From Candidatus Woesebacteria bacterium (GTDB taxonomy: Bacteria > Patescibacteriota > Microgenomatia > UBA1400 > PJMF01): a stretch of DNA of 64,000 nucleotides. Both the position numbers and the translations under genes were made by a program. This document shows positions 47,593-57,391 of the stretch, in pieces. The stretch is from the NCBI GenBank assembly GCA_050123235.1, contig JASFHL010000001.1:84651-148650 (forward strand), given 5' to 3'. Each line of letters starts with the position of its first letter. Within the stretch, counting starts at the first letter, position 1. Below the pieces are notes generated by a model. The model saw only the letters and a list, made by a program, of their open reading frames with translations, did not search any database and was not told the origin of the DNA.

Positions 47593-48831
47593 ATGATAGA
47601 TGCCAGACCACCAGCAGTTCCTTCTGAAGCCCAAGAGCAAGAGAAGAAAAAAACTTTATCAGGTTTTGAATGGCTACATTTGCCACGTAATAAAGAAATA
47701 ATTGATTTTTTATTACAAAATAAAGAGCAAATTGTTTCCCTAGCTAAAGAAAAAATCAAAACAGATTATGATCAAGCCAAAGAATATCATCAGACCAGGC
47801 ATACAGAACTGGCAGTTAAGCAGATTTTGAAGCTCACAGAGGAAATGTTGAAAGCAGAGGGACTGGAACCAACAGAACATCAGGATGTCTTGGATATCGT
47901 GGAGATATGCGTGACCTATCATGATGCGATTATGAATCCAGGAGAGGCAGCAAAAGGAGCTAGTATTAGCCCAGAATTCAATAGTTATTTGTTTTTAAAA
48001 GATTTAATCCTCAGATCAATTAAAGATGACCAGATAGAAAAACCAAAAGTGACTAAATTAGATAAGCAAGAATTAATATCTCAAGAGTATGGAGAGGAAT
48101 ATCAACAGTTTTATTTCTTCCATGTTGATCTATTCACGAGATTGCGTAGAGCAATTGAAGCTACAGCCATTGATCTAGATCAAGCTATCCATCAACAAAC
48201 TATAGTCCAGTTTTCCAAAGTTCATCCAGATACTGCTAAGGATAGACTGGCTCAACTAGTCTGCACTGCTGATTTGGCGTATTTTGCTCTTTCACCAGTA
48301 GATGAAACATTAGAACTGTCACTCAGATATGCAATTGAGTTTTTTGATTTAAGAAAGAAAGGATCAGTTGCTAAAGCTGCAGAAGGGGGGCATAAACTAG
48401 ACAATTTAGAGCCTGTGATTGAATATCTAGAAGGCCAGGTTAAATATATGGAAAATTATACTTTTCCAGATTTACCGGATTTGCCTGCGGCAGTTGATGC
48501 TTTTAGCATGGAGGAATTTTTGAAGTTGTGGGAAATTCCCGTTGAAGATTATAGAGAGCAGATAGATGAGTTGGATGACGCACAATCCAGAACACTGAAG
48601 CACGATTTATTGCGTGCTGCCATGGATGATTTAGAAGGGGGTTGGGAGGCTCGTGATGAATCAGCAAAAAATCCTCAAATTTTAGCCACGATTAAGCAAG
48701 GCAAAACTCTAGACCGTCTTAGATTAGTCAAAGCTGATTATTATAGGCGAATGGCGGCTGATCTTAAGAAGAACGGCACAGAGTCAAAATATTACGCTGA
48801 AGTGGTAGCAGCCCTGAAGAAGATAGCTTAG
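47593..48831 (+). CDS. hypothetical protein (412 aa), possible HD-like motif
   Basis: ORF; contains YHDAIMNPGE (HD dipeptide) but metal-ligand pattern not verifiable by eye. Confidence 0.3.
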   Translation: MIDARPPAVPSEAQEQEKKKTLSGFEWLHLPRNKEIIDFLLQNKEQIVSLAKEKIKTDYDQAKEYHQTRHTELAVKQILKLTEEMLKAEGLEPTEHQDVLDIVEICVTYHDAIMNPGEAAKGASISPEFNSYLFLKDLILRSIKDDQIEKPKVTKLDKQELISQEYGEEYQQFYFFHVDLFTRLRRAIEATAIDLDQAIHQQTIVQFSKVHPDTAKDRLAQLVCTADLAYFALSPVDETLELSLRYAIEFFDLRKKGSVAKAAEGGHKLDNLEPVIEYLEGQVKYMENYTFPDLPDLPAAVDAFSMEEFLKLWEIPVEDYREQIDELDDAQSRTLKHDLLRAAMDDLEGGWEARDESAKNPQILATIKQGKTLDRLRLVKADYYRRMAADLKKNGTESKYYAEVVAALKKIA

Positions 48832-49778
48832 CGTTTTTTTATCTTTCTTAATTTAAATCTTTTTTCAGCTAAAATTACTCCAACCAAAATTATTATCATA
48901 GCAGCAATTTGCCAATAGCTCAGAGTCTCTCCAAGCCAGAAATAAGCTAAGGGAAGATAAACTAAAGGTTGTAAATACCAGAATAAACTTGCTTCAGAAG
49001 CTTCAATATTATCTTGACCTTTAATATAGGCAGTAAGACCAATAATTGAACCAAAAATAGCCATATAAAGACTGGCGATCCAGACAGAGTAATGACTTGT
49101 ATCTTGGAGGATATTATTGAATAAGTTTGTAGTTGTTAAACCGCTTTCTAGGAAGCTCAAAATAAAAAAACAAATTGTTCCCAGATAAAAACTAATAGTG
49201 GTTACAAAAAATTTGGGTAATTTTTTATAATGTTTTTTGGCGAAAATAAAGTACAAGGTAGTGCTAATATTGTGGCCAATGACTAGTAGATTGCCAGTGA
49301 CAGATAGTTGTTGAACGCCTGTCGCATGATTAAGAAGTGGTACAGCAGATAAAATTAAAGTGCCAGCTAAGGTGAAAATTAATCCCAACCATTCATGTTT
49401 TTCTTCTTTTTCTTTTAAGAATAAAATCCCAGCAATGATAATGAAAATTGGAGTAGTGTTAGCTAGCAAGCTCGCTTCTATAGCAGAAGTTCTCTCCAGA
49501 CCTAGATAAAGAAAAGTTAACGCTAAGACTGTACCTACTAATTCGAGAGCAATAATTTTAAGAAATTGCCTTAAGCTATGTTTAATTTTTGACCAGTAAT
49601 AAAAGAGGATCGGGATAGAGAAAAAACTAGCAAATAAATAACGGTAAAAAAGAAAACGAAAAGGAGTGGTGGCTGCAAAGGCAGGTTTGACAATCACTAA
49701 AGCCGCACCCCATGTAAGGGTATTAATGCTGAGTAGTAAATAAGCCAGTGGACGTTTCCCTAATTTAATTTTTGCCAC
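48828..49778 (-). CDS. EamA/DMT superfamily transporter
   Basis: 316 aa, 10 TM helices in two 5-TM halves. Confidence 0.7.
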   Translation of the reverse strand: MAKIKLGKRPLAYLLLSINTLTWGAALVIVKPAFAATTPFRFLFYRYLFASFFSIPILFYYWSKIKHSLRQFLKIIALELVGTVLALTFLYLGLERTSAIEASLLANTTPIFIIIAGILFLKEKEEKHEWLGLIFTLAGTLILSAVPLLNHATGVQQLSVTGNLLVIGHNISTTLYFIFAKKHYKKLPKFFVTTISFYLGTICFFILSFLESGLTTTNLFNNILQDTSHYSVWIASLYMAIFGSIIGLTAYIKGQDNIEASEASLFWYLQPLVYLPLAYFWLGETLSYWQIAAMIIILVGVILAEKRFKLRKIKKR

Positions 49779-49879
49779 AATAAATAGAATAGCATTTTTT
49801 TATAGAAGAGAGGAGCAGAAACTAGAAGTTAAAAGCTGATTGTTGCAGCTCAATACTTTTTCATTTAACTATATGATAA

Positions 49880-51136
49880 CTATTTATCTTTCATCATCTC
49901 AATCGCTTCTTCCACAGATAGTTGTTTTTGTTTACCACTAGTCATATTTTTTAAGCTCAGCAAATCTTTCTCAGCTTCTTCTTCACCAATGATTACTACC
50001 CAAGGGATATTTTTTTTGTCGGCGAGTTTAAATTGTTTGCTAAGTTTATCGAGAGCAGGGTAGACTTCAGTGTTAATGCCGGCTTGGCGAAGCTGATTAG
50101 CAAGTTTCAAAGAAGCAGCTTGGCTTTTTTCATCAAAAATAGTGATAAGAGCTTGGACGGCATTTGTATCAGCAGGAATCAAATCTAGTTTTTCAGCAGC
50201 CTCGACCATGCGGTCAAATCCAAAGGCAATTCCAGTAGCTGGCATATCAACACCACCCAGCTCGTTGATTAAATTGTCATAGCGGCCACCACCTCCACAC
50301 GAACCGACTGGATAATCAGGCAAGATTACTTCAAAAATCATGCCAGTGTAGTAATCTAAGCCGCGAGCCAAACTAGGAGTAAATTCCAGATCTTCTTTTT
50401 TAACCCCAAGATTAACGGCACTTTCTATAATTTGTCTTAAATTGTCTGACATTTGAGCTTTATCCACAGTTGTTAAAACTTGCTTGGCGCTATTTTCTGT
50501 TAAACCTTTTTTAACTAACTCTTCAATTACTTGTTGAGGTTTTAATTTATCTAATTTATCAATTGATTGGATAATAGAAAAGACATTGATTCTGTCTATA
50601 GCAAACGGCTTTAAAGTAGCCATCAAAGTTTGTCGATCATTAATTTTAAGTTTGATGTTTTTAAAACCTACATTTTTAAAAGCTTCATAAGTACAAGCTA
50701 GGATTTCCGCATCTGCCAATGGGGAACTACTGCCAAAAATGTCAATGTCACATTGGGTAAATTCACGATATCTACCTTTTTGAGGTTTGTCAGCACGGAA
50801 CACATTTTGGATTTCATAGCGTCTAAAATACTTAGGTAATTCATTTTGATATTGGGCTAAAACGCGAGCAGTCGGCACTGTTTGATCATATCTTAGACCA
50901 ATTTTTCGCCCCCCTCTGTCTTCGAAAGTATAAACCAGTTTGTCTGCTTCTTCACCGTATTTGCCCAATAATAAAGAAGCATACTCTAAAGTAGGCGTTT
51001 CCAAAGGCTCAAAGCCAAAGTTTTCAAAAGTTTCGATTACTTTTTTGATCACATAATCGCGTTTGCGTTTTTCTGCAGGCAAAAAATCACGAAAACCTTT
51101 TAATGTTTGAACGGATTGTTTAGTTTGTTTTGTCAT
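49880..51136 (-). CDS. hisS: histidyl-tRNA synthetase
   Basis: Class II motifs: LKGFRDFLP (motif 1 region), GLRYDQTVP, FRYE.., GGGRYDNL (motif 3), C-terminal anticodon-binding domain. Confidence 0.9.
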   Translation of the reverse strand: MTKQTKQSVQTLKGFRDFLPAEKRKRDYVIKKVIETFENFGFEPLETPTLEYASLLLGKYGEEADKLVYTFEDRGGRKIGLRYDQTVPTARVLAQYQNELPKYFRRYEIQNVFRADKPQKGRYREFTQCDIDIFGSSSPLADAEILACTYEAFKNVGFKNIKLKINDRQTLMATLKPFAIDRINVFSIIQSIDKLDKLKPQQVIEELVKKGLTENSAKQVLTTVDKAQMSDNLRQIIESAVNLGVKKEDLEFTPSLARGLDYYTGMIFEVILPDYPVGSCGGGGRYDNLINELGGVDMPATGIAFGFDRMVEAAEKLDLIPADTNAVQALITIFDEKSQAASLKLANQLRQAGINTEVYPALDKLSKQFKLADKKNIPWVVIIGEEEAEKDLLSLKNMTSGKQKQLSVEEAIEMMKDK

Positions 51137-51209
51137 AAGTTCCTTTTTCGCAATAATTTTATTATACGTTACAGTTTATGTAACTGTTAGCGTTTATTAT
51201 TCAAAATGT

Positions 51210-51276
51210 GGGGGCGTGTTGGTCAGTAATGGATCCGTCAAATCTAATTACAGGGGTTCGAATCCCCTCGCCTCCA
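51210..51276 (+). ncRNA. tRNA-like element lacking a D arm (possible tRNA pseudogene or tRNA-mimic ncRNA); anticodon-position triplet GUC
   Basis: 7-bp acceptor stem GGGGGCG/CGCCUCC, canonical T arm AGGGG-UUCGAAU-CCCCU, 9-bp extended anticodon-like stem with 7-nt loop CCGUCAA, followed by ACA and T7; antisense to flanking his genes. Confidence 0.4.
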
Positions 51277-51370
51277 CATTTTTTTGCTGTTGATTTTGCT
51301 TTAATTATTTGTTAAATTATTTTTAATTGACGGATCTATTACTGCAAGATTTAAAACTCCTGTAGTTAGA

Positions 51371-51399
51371 GAAAAATCGCTCGTAAGAGTGATTTTTTG
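51371..51399. terminator. bidirectional hairpin terminator at 3' end of his operon
   Basis: AATCGCTC-gtaa-GAGTGATT flanked by A6 (left) and T6 (right). Confidence 0.5.
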
Positions 51400-51432
51400 C
51401 TTTATAAGCTAAGTTTCAACATAACCGTTAGC

Positions 51433-51711
51433 TTACTCCTTTTGTCTTTTTTTTAATTCTGTTAATACTTCCTCAAATTCAATGTTTTTTGCTGTGAGTA
51501 GCACTAAGCTGTGAAACCATAAATCCGCTGTTTCTTCAATTAATCTTTGCTTTGATTGATTCTTACTAGCAATTACAACTTCTGTAGCTTCTTCACCAAC
51601 TTTTTGAGCAATTGCATCAATTCCTCTAGCAAAAAGGGAAGAGACATAAGAACCTTTAGGCATAGTCTTTTGTCTTTGTTTAATAATGGTAGTTAATTTT
51701 TTTAGAATCAT
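51433..51711 (-). CDS. hisE: phosphoribosyl-ATP pyrophosphatase
   Basis: about 92 aa MazG-like; EEATEVVIA...ETADLWFHSLVLL typical of HisE. Confidence 0.8.
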   Translation of the reverse strand: MILKKLTTIIKQRQKTMPKGSYVSSLFARGIDAIAQKVGEEATEVVIASKNQSKQRLIEETADLWFHSLVLLTAKNIEFEEVLTELKKRQKE

Positions 51712-52730
51712 AATATTTGTTTAAAAAAGCAACTTTTATTATTGGTATGACAGATATTTTTACCAATGATTTTGCTTTGTATTAATAATGTATCATTATC
51801 ACAATCCAAAACTATCTTATTAACTTTCAATTTATTACCAGATGTTTCACCTTTCATCCATAGTTTTTTTTTTGATCGACTCCAAAACCAAGCATATCCA
51901 GTTTTGAGTGTCTTTTTAAGAGCTCGTTTATTCATATAAGCTAGCATTAATATTTCCTTGCTTGATTCTTCTTGAACAATGGCAGGAACCAAGCCTCCTT
52001 GTTTTTCAAAATCAACACTATCTTGATCATTAAGATAAAAAAGCCCGTCATAGAGAGCTTTGCCAACAATTACCGCCTCAGCACCAAGATCTATTAACTG
52101 CTTGATATCTTCTTTAGAAGCTATACCACCTGCCATGATGACAGGCATATTGATACTATTAATTAGTTTTTTAATGATTTTTAAATTTGGCCCTGTCTCA
52201 GTGCCATCTCTTAAAGTATCAGTGTAAATTAATCTTTTGACAGTTAGTTTTTCTAATTTTTGAGCTGTTTCTATGAGATTCAATTGTGTGTTTTTTAACC
52301 AGCCTTTTGACATCAACTTACTGTTTTTGGCATCTAGAGAAACAATGATTTGATCAGGGAAAACAGCTAATATTTTTTTTAATAACTCAATATTTTCTAA
52401 AGCAATGCTACCTAAAATGATTCGATTAACACCGAGTTGAATTAGTTTTTTAACGGTCTTGAAATCACGAATACCACCACCGACTTGAGTGGGAATAGAT
52501 ACAGTTTTGATGATATTTTTGATGATTTTTAAGTTTTGAACTTTTCCGACTTTGGCCCCGTCAAGATCCACGATGTGTAAGCTTTTCGCACCTTGATCTT
52601 GCCACTGTTTTGCGACTAATACTGGATCGCTGGCATAGACAGTTTTTTTGCTGAAATCACCTTGTTTTAATCTCACGCAGTTACCATTTTGGATATCAAT
52701 TGCTGGTATGATTTTAGTTAAATTTATCAT
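51708..52730 (-). CDS. hisA: bifunctional ProFAR isomerase (HisA) / phosphoribosyl-AMP cyclohydrolase (HisI) fusion
   Basis: N-terminal HisA barrel (IIPAIDIQNGNCVRLKQGD, HIVDLDGA, GGGIR); C-terminal HisI (GLVPAIVQE, LAYMN, FWSRSKKKLWMKGETSGN, DCDNDTLL, CHT..SCF). Confidence 0.85.
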   Translation of the reverse strand: MINLTKIIPAIDIQNGNCVRLKQGDFSKKTVYASDPVLVAKQWQDQGAKSLHIVDLDGAKVGKVQNLKIIKNIIKTVSIPTQVGGGIRDFKTVKKLIQLGVNRIILGSIALENIELLKKILAVFPDQIIVSLDAKNSKLMSKGWLKNTQLNLIETAQKLEKLTVKRLIYTDTLRDGTETGPNLKIIKKLINSINMPVIMAGGIASKEDIKQLIDLGAEAVIVGKALYDGLFYLNDQDSVDFEKQGGLVPAIVQEESSKEILMLAYMNKRALKKTLKTGYAWFWSRSKKKLWMKGETSGNKLKVNKIVLDCDNDTLLIQSKIIGKNICHTNNKSCFFKQIL

Positions 52731-54163
52731 CTGATTGAAATTCCATGATTTTTTAAATAATTTTTAAGATCAGTAATTTTCAATTTTTGCTTGTGAAATA
52801 AAGTAGCAGCCAATGCAGCATCAGCTTGGCCTTTAGTTAAAGCGTCAAGAAAGTCTTTTTTCTTACCAGCTCCACTGGAAGCAATAATGGGAATGTTAAC
52901 TTTTTTAGCTATGTTGCGTAGTAAGTCCAAATCATAACCCTTTTTAGTCCCATCTCGATCTATGGAGTTGACTAATAATTCGCCAGCACCTAGCGTTTCC
53001 ATTTTTTTAGCAAATTTAAGAGCATCAATGCCAGTCGCTTTTTTACCACTATTGATATATATTTCCCAGCTGTTTCTATTTTTTTTAGGATCAAGTGAAA
53101 TGACAATGCACTGTGAACCAAAACGTTGCGCAGCTTTTTTGACCAGATCAGGATTAGTGACAGCAGCAGAACCAATTGAGACCTTATCAGCGCCTGATAA
53201 AAGCAACTGATAAATATCATTTAAAGTTTTGATACCGCCACCCACAGAAAAGGGGATAGTGATATTTTTAGCAATTTTTTCTACTAGTTTGTAAAGTAGT
53301 CTACGTTTTTCAATAGTGGCAGTAATATCAAGAAACATTAATTCATCAATACCCATTTTGTCATAAAGCTGGGCAAGTTTTACTGGATCTCCAGCATCTT
53401 TAAGCTGTTTGTAATTAGTACCTTTGACTACTTTATTATTTTTAATATCCATGCAAGCAATGATTCTTTTGGCAAGTAAGGATTTGGCTGATTTTAAAGC
53501 AGTTAGTTCTTGCTCAAATCTGATCGGACTTGCTTTTCGTTCAGAAGGGATGGTGGCAGAATTTTCTAGTGCTTCAATGTCACAAAAATTTTTTAACATT
53601 TTTTGACCCAGTTCTCCTGATTTTTCTGGGTGAAATTGCACGCCATAAAAATTATTTTTTTTAATTACTGAAGCAAAGTTGCTACCATATTGTGTTTGCC
53701 CAATGATATTTTTTTTTAGAGGATCACAATAGTAAGAATTCACAAAGTAAAAATAACTATTGTTGGGAATATTTTTAAACAAAGGCTCATTTTTTATTTG
53801 CTTAACTTGGTTCCAACCAATCTGCGGCACCACTAAGTTATTTTTTTTAGGAAATTTTTTTACCTTGCCATCAATAATATCCAAACACTTTGTGTTATCT
53901 TCCTCAGAATAAGAAAGTAAAAGTTGCATGCCAAGACAAATACCTAAAAAAGGGGCTCTTATATCTTGAATTAGCTGCTCAAGCTTGAGTTTTTTAAGTT
54001 CTGGCATCGCCTGACCAGCACGACCTACACCAGGGAAGATAACTTTGCTGGCTTTTTTAATCATAGTAGGATCAGCTGTCACAATGTATTTAGCTCCAAT
54101 TTTGTCTAAAGCATTTGTTACTGAACCTATGTTGCCGGATTTGTAGTTGATGATGGTGATCAT
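52727..54163 (-). CDS. hisF: imidazole glycerol phosphate synthase, fused glutaminase (HisH) and cyclase (HisF) subunits
   Basis: N-terminal class I GATase (FPGVG, catalytic Cys in ICLGMQLL, FHPEKS); C-terminal HisF barrel (IACMDIK..VKGTNY, DELMFLDITA, GGGI). Confidence 0.85.
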   Translation of the reverse strand: MITIINYKSGNIGSVTNALDKIGAKYIVTADPTMIKKASKVIFPGVGRAGQAMPELKKLKLEQLIQDIRAPFLGICLGMQLLLSYSEEDNTKCLDIIDGKVKKFPKKNNLVVPQIGWNQVKQIKNEPLFKNIPNNSYFYFVNSYYCDPLKKNIIGQTQYGSNFASVIKKNNFYGVQFHPEKSGELGQKMLKNFCDIEALENSATIPSERKASPIRFEQELTALKSAKSLLAKRIIACMDIKNNKVVKGTNYKQLKDAGDPVKLAQLYDKMGIDELMFLDITATIEKRRLLYKLVEKIAKNITIPFSVGGGIKTLNDIYQLLLSGADKVSIGSAAVTNPDLVKKAAQRFGSQCIVISLDPKKNRNSWEIYINSGKKATGIDALKFAKKMETLGAGELLVNSIDRDGTKKGYDLDLLRNIAKKVNIPIIASSGAGKKKDFLDALTKGQADAALAATLFHKQKLKITDLKNYLKNHGISIR

Positions 54164-54227
54164 AGTTTCAATGAGATGTTTATTTAAGTTTTTTTTGTCT
54201 TTCTAGAGATTGTAGATTGTCTTTTTT

Positions 54228-54980
54228 TCATAAGAGTAGTTCCCATAAGGTTTCTATATTAATAATTTGAATATTCCCTAGTTTTTTTTCTCCTATATAA
54301 ATACAAGGCATTTGTGCTCTTTTAGCAGCTTCAACATCACTAGAACTATCACCAATATAGATTGTATTTTTGAGAGCTAATTTTTCAGATACCATCAACA
54401 ATGGCTCTGGCTCTGGTTTTCCGTTTTTATAATCTTCCATAGCAATAACAGTATTAAACAAATCAAGGATATTGTTATTTTTTAAGGCATAAATGGCTTC
54501 AAACTTTGGTCTGCCAGTAGCGATTCCCATTTTTTTATATTTCTTTTTAAGATTATCAAGAACTGATTTTGGAATTAACAATTTTTCTGTGTTAATTAGG
54601 CTCTCTATTTTTTTAACAGGAGCTTTTTTGCTATAACATTTTTGATATAAACTTGAACCTAGATAATAACTTTGGAATACAGCAACTATATTTTGGTATA
54701 GTTTGTCCTTGCGATACTTTTCTAAATTACTAATAAACTCTGGTATATCAAATTTTGAATTTTGTTTTTTTAAAATCAAAGCATAACTAGCATCCCAATC
54801 GTTATTTAAACCCACAACTTGTTTGATTGCTAAGACATCTAACTCTGTCACTGTTTTATCAGGACAAAAGTATTGGACAGTTTTTAAGATACAAAGACGA
54901 TATGACTTACTAACATCAATCAGTACACCATCCATGTCCCAGATTAATCCATCTAGTTGGTCAAAGTTAATTTTCTGCAT
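54228..54980 (-). CDS. HAD-IA family hydrolase (candidate histidinol-phosphatase)
   Basis: Motif I DMDGVL, motif IV GDSSSD; embedded in his operon between hisC and hisHF. Confidence 0.55.
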   Translation of the reverse strand: MQKINFDQLDGLIWDMDGVLIDVSKSYRLCILKTVQYFCPDKTVTELDVLAIKQVVGLNNDWDASYALILKKQNSKFDIPEFISNLEKYRKDKLYQNIVAVFQSYYLGSSLYQKCYSKKAPVKKIESLINTEKLLIPKSVLDNLKKKYKKMGIATGRPKFEAIYALKNNNILDLFNTVIAMEDYKNGKPEPEPLLMVSEKLALKNTIYIGDSSSDVEAAKRAQMPCIYIGEKKLGNIQIINIETLWELLL

Positions 54981-56070
54981 AGAAATTTTTAATTTTTTCA
55001 AATAATAAATCGTTGTCTTTTTCTGCTCGAATACCAATACGAACAGCACTGTTAAGATTTTTTTTGCCACTTACATTTTTAATAAACAAACCCTCTCTTT
55101 TTAATTGTTCTACTAACTCAGCTGTTTTACCTGGTAGATAAAGACAAAAGAAGTTAGCTTCACTGGGGATAACATTAAAATTATTTTCAAGATATTTTTT
55201 AGTTACTCTAGAGCGTTCTTGTTTAATTTTATTAGTAAATTTCTCAATAAATTTCAAACCTTTGGTAGTTAAAACTGATAGGGCAATCTCTTGAGAGAAA
55301 TAACTAACTCCCATTGGAAATCTAATGGAATCAAATATTTTAGTCAGCTGTTTATTAGCAATTAAGTAACCAACTCTAGCTCCGGCAATACAAGCAAATT
55401 TTGAAAAACTTCTGAGAATTACAACATTGTTATATTTGAGAGCCAAATCGTTGAAATTATCTTCACAAAATTCTCTGTAAGCTTCATCAATGAGAATAAT
55501 AGAGTTAGTTTTTTGGGCAAGATATTCAATATCCAATTTGTCTAAACTAGTACCAGTAGGATTATTAGGTGAACAAAGAAAAATGATTTTTGTTTTGTGT
55601 TTTTTAGCTGTATTAATGATTTTTTGAGTATCAAGTTGCCAGTTTTTTTTCAGTGGCACTTCAAGCACCTCACCACCATTAATTGCAGTTTGCACTTTAT
55701 ACATACCATAGGTGGGAGGACAAATAATAACATTATCATTTTGATTTAAAAAAGTTTTACAAATCACATCAATAGCTTCATCACCACTATTGGTGAGAGT
55801 GACCATGTTTTTGGGTAATTGCTCGTATTGGGTGACGGCTTTTTTAAGTCTAAAATAGCCAGGATCTTTATAATCATTAACTGCTCTTTCTTGATCTATG
55901 ATTTGTATAAAATCAGGCCAAATATTCGGAATTTGAGCTGGAGTGGCAGTATCAAATCTAACAATTTTTTTTAATTGATATTTTTGACCATATTTTTCTT
56001 CTTCAAGCTCCCATACATAGGGTTTAAAATTTTTTAACTGGTCTCTGAGTAAAAAATTAATATTTTTCAT
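54967..56070 (-). CDS. hisC: histidinol-phosphate aminotransferase
   Basis: Class II aminotransferase fold; NPTGT and PLP-lysine region SFSKFACIAGARVGY. Confidence 0.85.
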   Translation of the reverse strand: MKNINFLLRDQLKNFKPYVWELEEEKYGQKYQLKKIVRFDTATPAQIPNIWPDFIQIIDQERAVNDYKDPGYFRLKKAVTQYEQLPKNMVTLTNSGDEAIDVICKTFLNQNDNVIICPPTYGMYKVQTAINGGEVLEVPLKKNWQLDTQKIINTAKKHKTKIIFLCSPNNPTGTSLDKLDIEYLAQKTNSIILIDEAYREFCEDNFNDLALKYNNVVILRSFSKFACIAGARVGYLIANKQLTKIFDSIRFPMGVSYFSQEIALSVLTTKGLKFIEKFTNKIKQERSRVTKKYLENNFNVIPSEANFFCLYLPGKTAELVEQLKREGLFIKNVSGKKNLNSAVRIGIRAEKDNDLLFEKIKNFYAEN

Positions 56071-56079
56071 ATTTATTCT

Positions 56080-57378
56080 TTATTTTTCAAATCTTACTTG
56101 GCATGAATAAGCGTGAGCTGGTAATGCTTCTACTTGGGCAAAAGTGTTGATAGTATTTTTGATGTCTTTTAACCCCTTTTTACTAGCTTTCTGAAATTGA
56201 ATCAGGCGACCAAAGCTTTCTACACTTAGTGGGCCAAACATCTTGGCGCTTTGACCAGTAGGTAAGACGTGGTTAGCTCCTGTGGCATAATCACCACTAG
56301 CTTTGCAAGTCCAATTACCAATAAAAATAGAACCAGCATTAGTAATTTGTTTAGCTATTTGTAGGGCATTCTTAGTCATAATCTGTAAGTGTTCTGGAGC
56401 ATATTGATTGCTCAAATCAATGCTTGCTTCAAGATTATCAGTAACGATAATGGCTCCATAATTTTTAAGAGCAGAGCGAATAGTATTTTCACTAGCTAGT
56501 GTTGGCAAAATTCTTGCAATTTCTTTTTTAACTGACTCAGCTTGTTTCATAGAGGTAATAAGTAAAATAGCAGTTGAATCATCACCATGTTCGGCATCAG
56601 TAATTAAATCAGCAGCAACAAATCTATTATTGGCAGACTCATCTGCAATAATTAAATTTTCTGAAGGACCAGCAGGCATATCAATATCAATAGTAGGGAA
56701 GAGTAATAATTTAGCAGCAGTAACATATTGATTACCTGGGCCAACAATTTTATAGACTTTGGGAATTGATTCTGTTCCGTAAGCCATGGCAGCAATCGCC
56801 TGGGCACCGCCAACTTTAAAAACTTTTTTAATACCAAGTTTATTCGCAGTTATAATTACTTCCGGCGGCAATCTACCTTGTTGATTTGGTGGTACACAAA
56901 CAATAATGTCATTGCAGCCAGCAATTTGAGCTGGAATAGCAGTCATTAGTAAGGATGAAGGGTAATTAGCTTTACCGCCTGGCACATAGAGACCCACTCT
57001 TTCTATCGCTTGCCAGGAACGCCAGACTTGTATATCTCGTTGCATGACTAAAACTTTTTTTTCTTTAATTAGTTTACTTTTTTGAGCTTGGTGAACTTTT
57101 TGAATGTTTTTTATTGCTTGGTTAAGGGCAGGTATAAAATTTTTATCTATTTGTTGGTAAGCTTCTTTAATTTCACTTTTACTTAATAGAAGATCGTTAA
57201 TTGGAATTTGTCTTTGTTGGTATTTTTTTAGAATAGCTTGATCGCCTTCTTGTCGAACGCTTGCCACTTTGGGACGAATTTGTGCTATTATTTGCCAGTA
57301 ATCAGCAGATGATCTTTCAAAGACTTGCTTTAATTGTTTCTTACTGATAGTTTTTGTTGTATAGATTTTGATTGGCAT
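56080..57378 (-). CDS. hisD: histidinol dehydrogenase
   Basis: 432 aa; NAD/zinc-binding HisD core (GPGNQYVTAAK, DxxAGPSE, EHL) in his operon context. Confidence 0.88.
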   Translation of the reverse strand: MPIKIYTTKTISKKQLKQVFERSSADYWQIIAQIRPKVASVRQEGDQAILKKYQQRQIPINDLLLSKSEIKEAYQQIDKNFIPALNQAIKNIQKVHQAQKSKLIKEKKVLVMQRDIQVWRSWQAIERVGLYVPGGKANYPSSLLMTAIPAQIAGCNDIIVCVPPNQQGRLPPEVIITANKLGIKKVFKVGGAQAIAAMAYGTESIPKVYKIVGPGNQYVTAAKLLLFPTIDIDMPAGPSENLIIADESANNRFVAADLITDAEHGDDSTAILLITSMKQAESVKKEIARILPTLASENTIRSALKNYGAIIVTDNLEASIDLSNQYAPEHLQIMTKNALQIAKQITNAGSIFIGNWTCKASGDYATGANHVLPTGQSAKMFGPLSVESFGRLIQFQKASKKGLKDIKNTINTFAQVEALPAHAYSCQVRFEK

Positions 57379-57391
57379 TTTTTCCTTTTTT

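Noticed and set aside
51205-51290. tmRNA (ssrA) 3' end
   Set aside because: The acceptor/T-arm resembles a tmRNA tRNA-like domain, but the whole element is only about 70 nt. It has no mRNA-like region or pseudoknots between the 5' and 3' halves.
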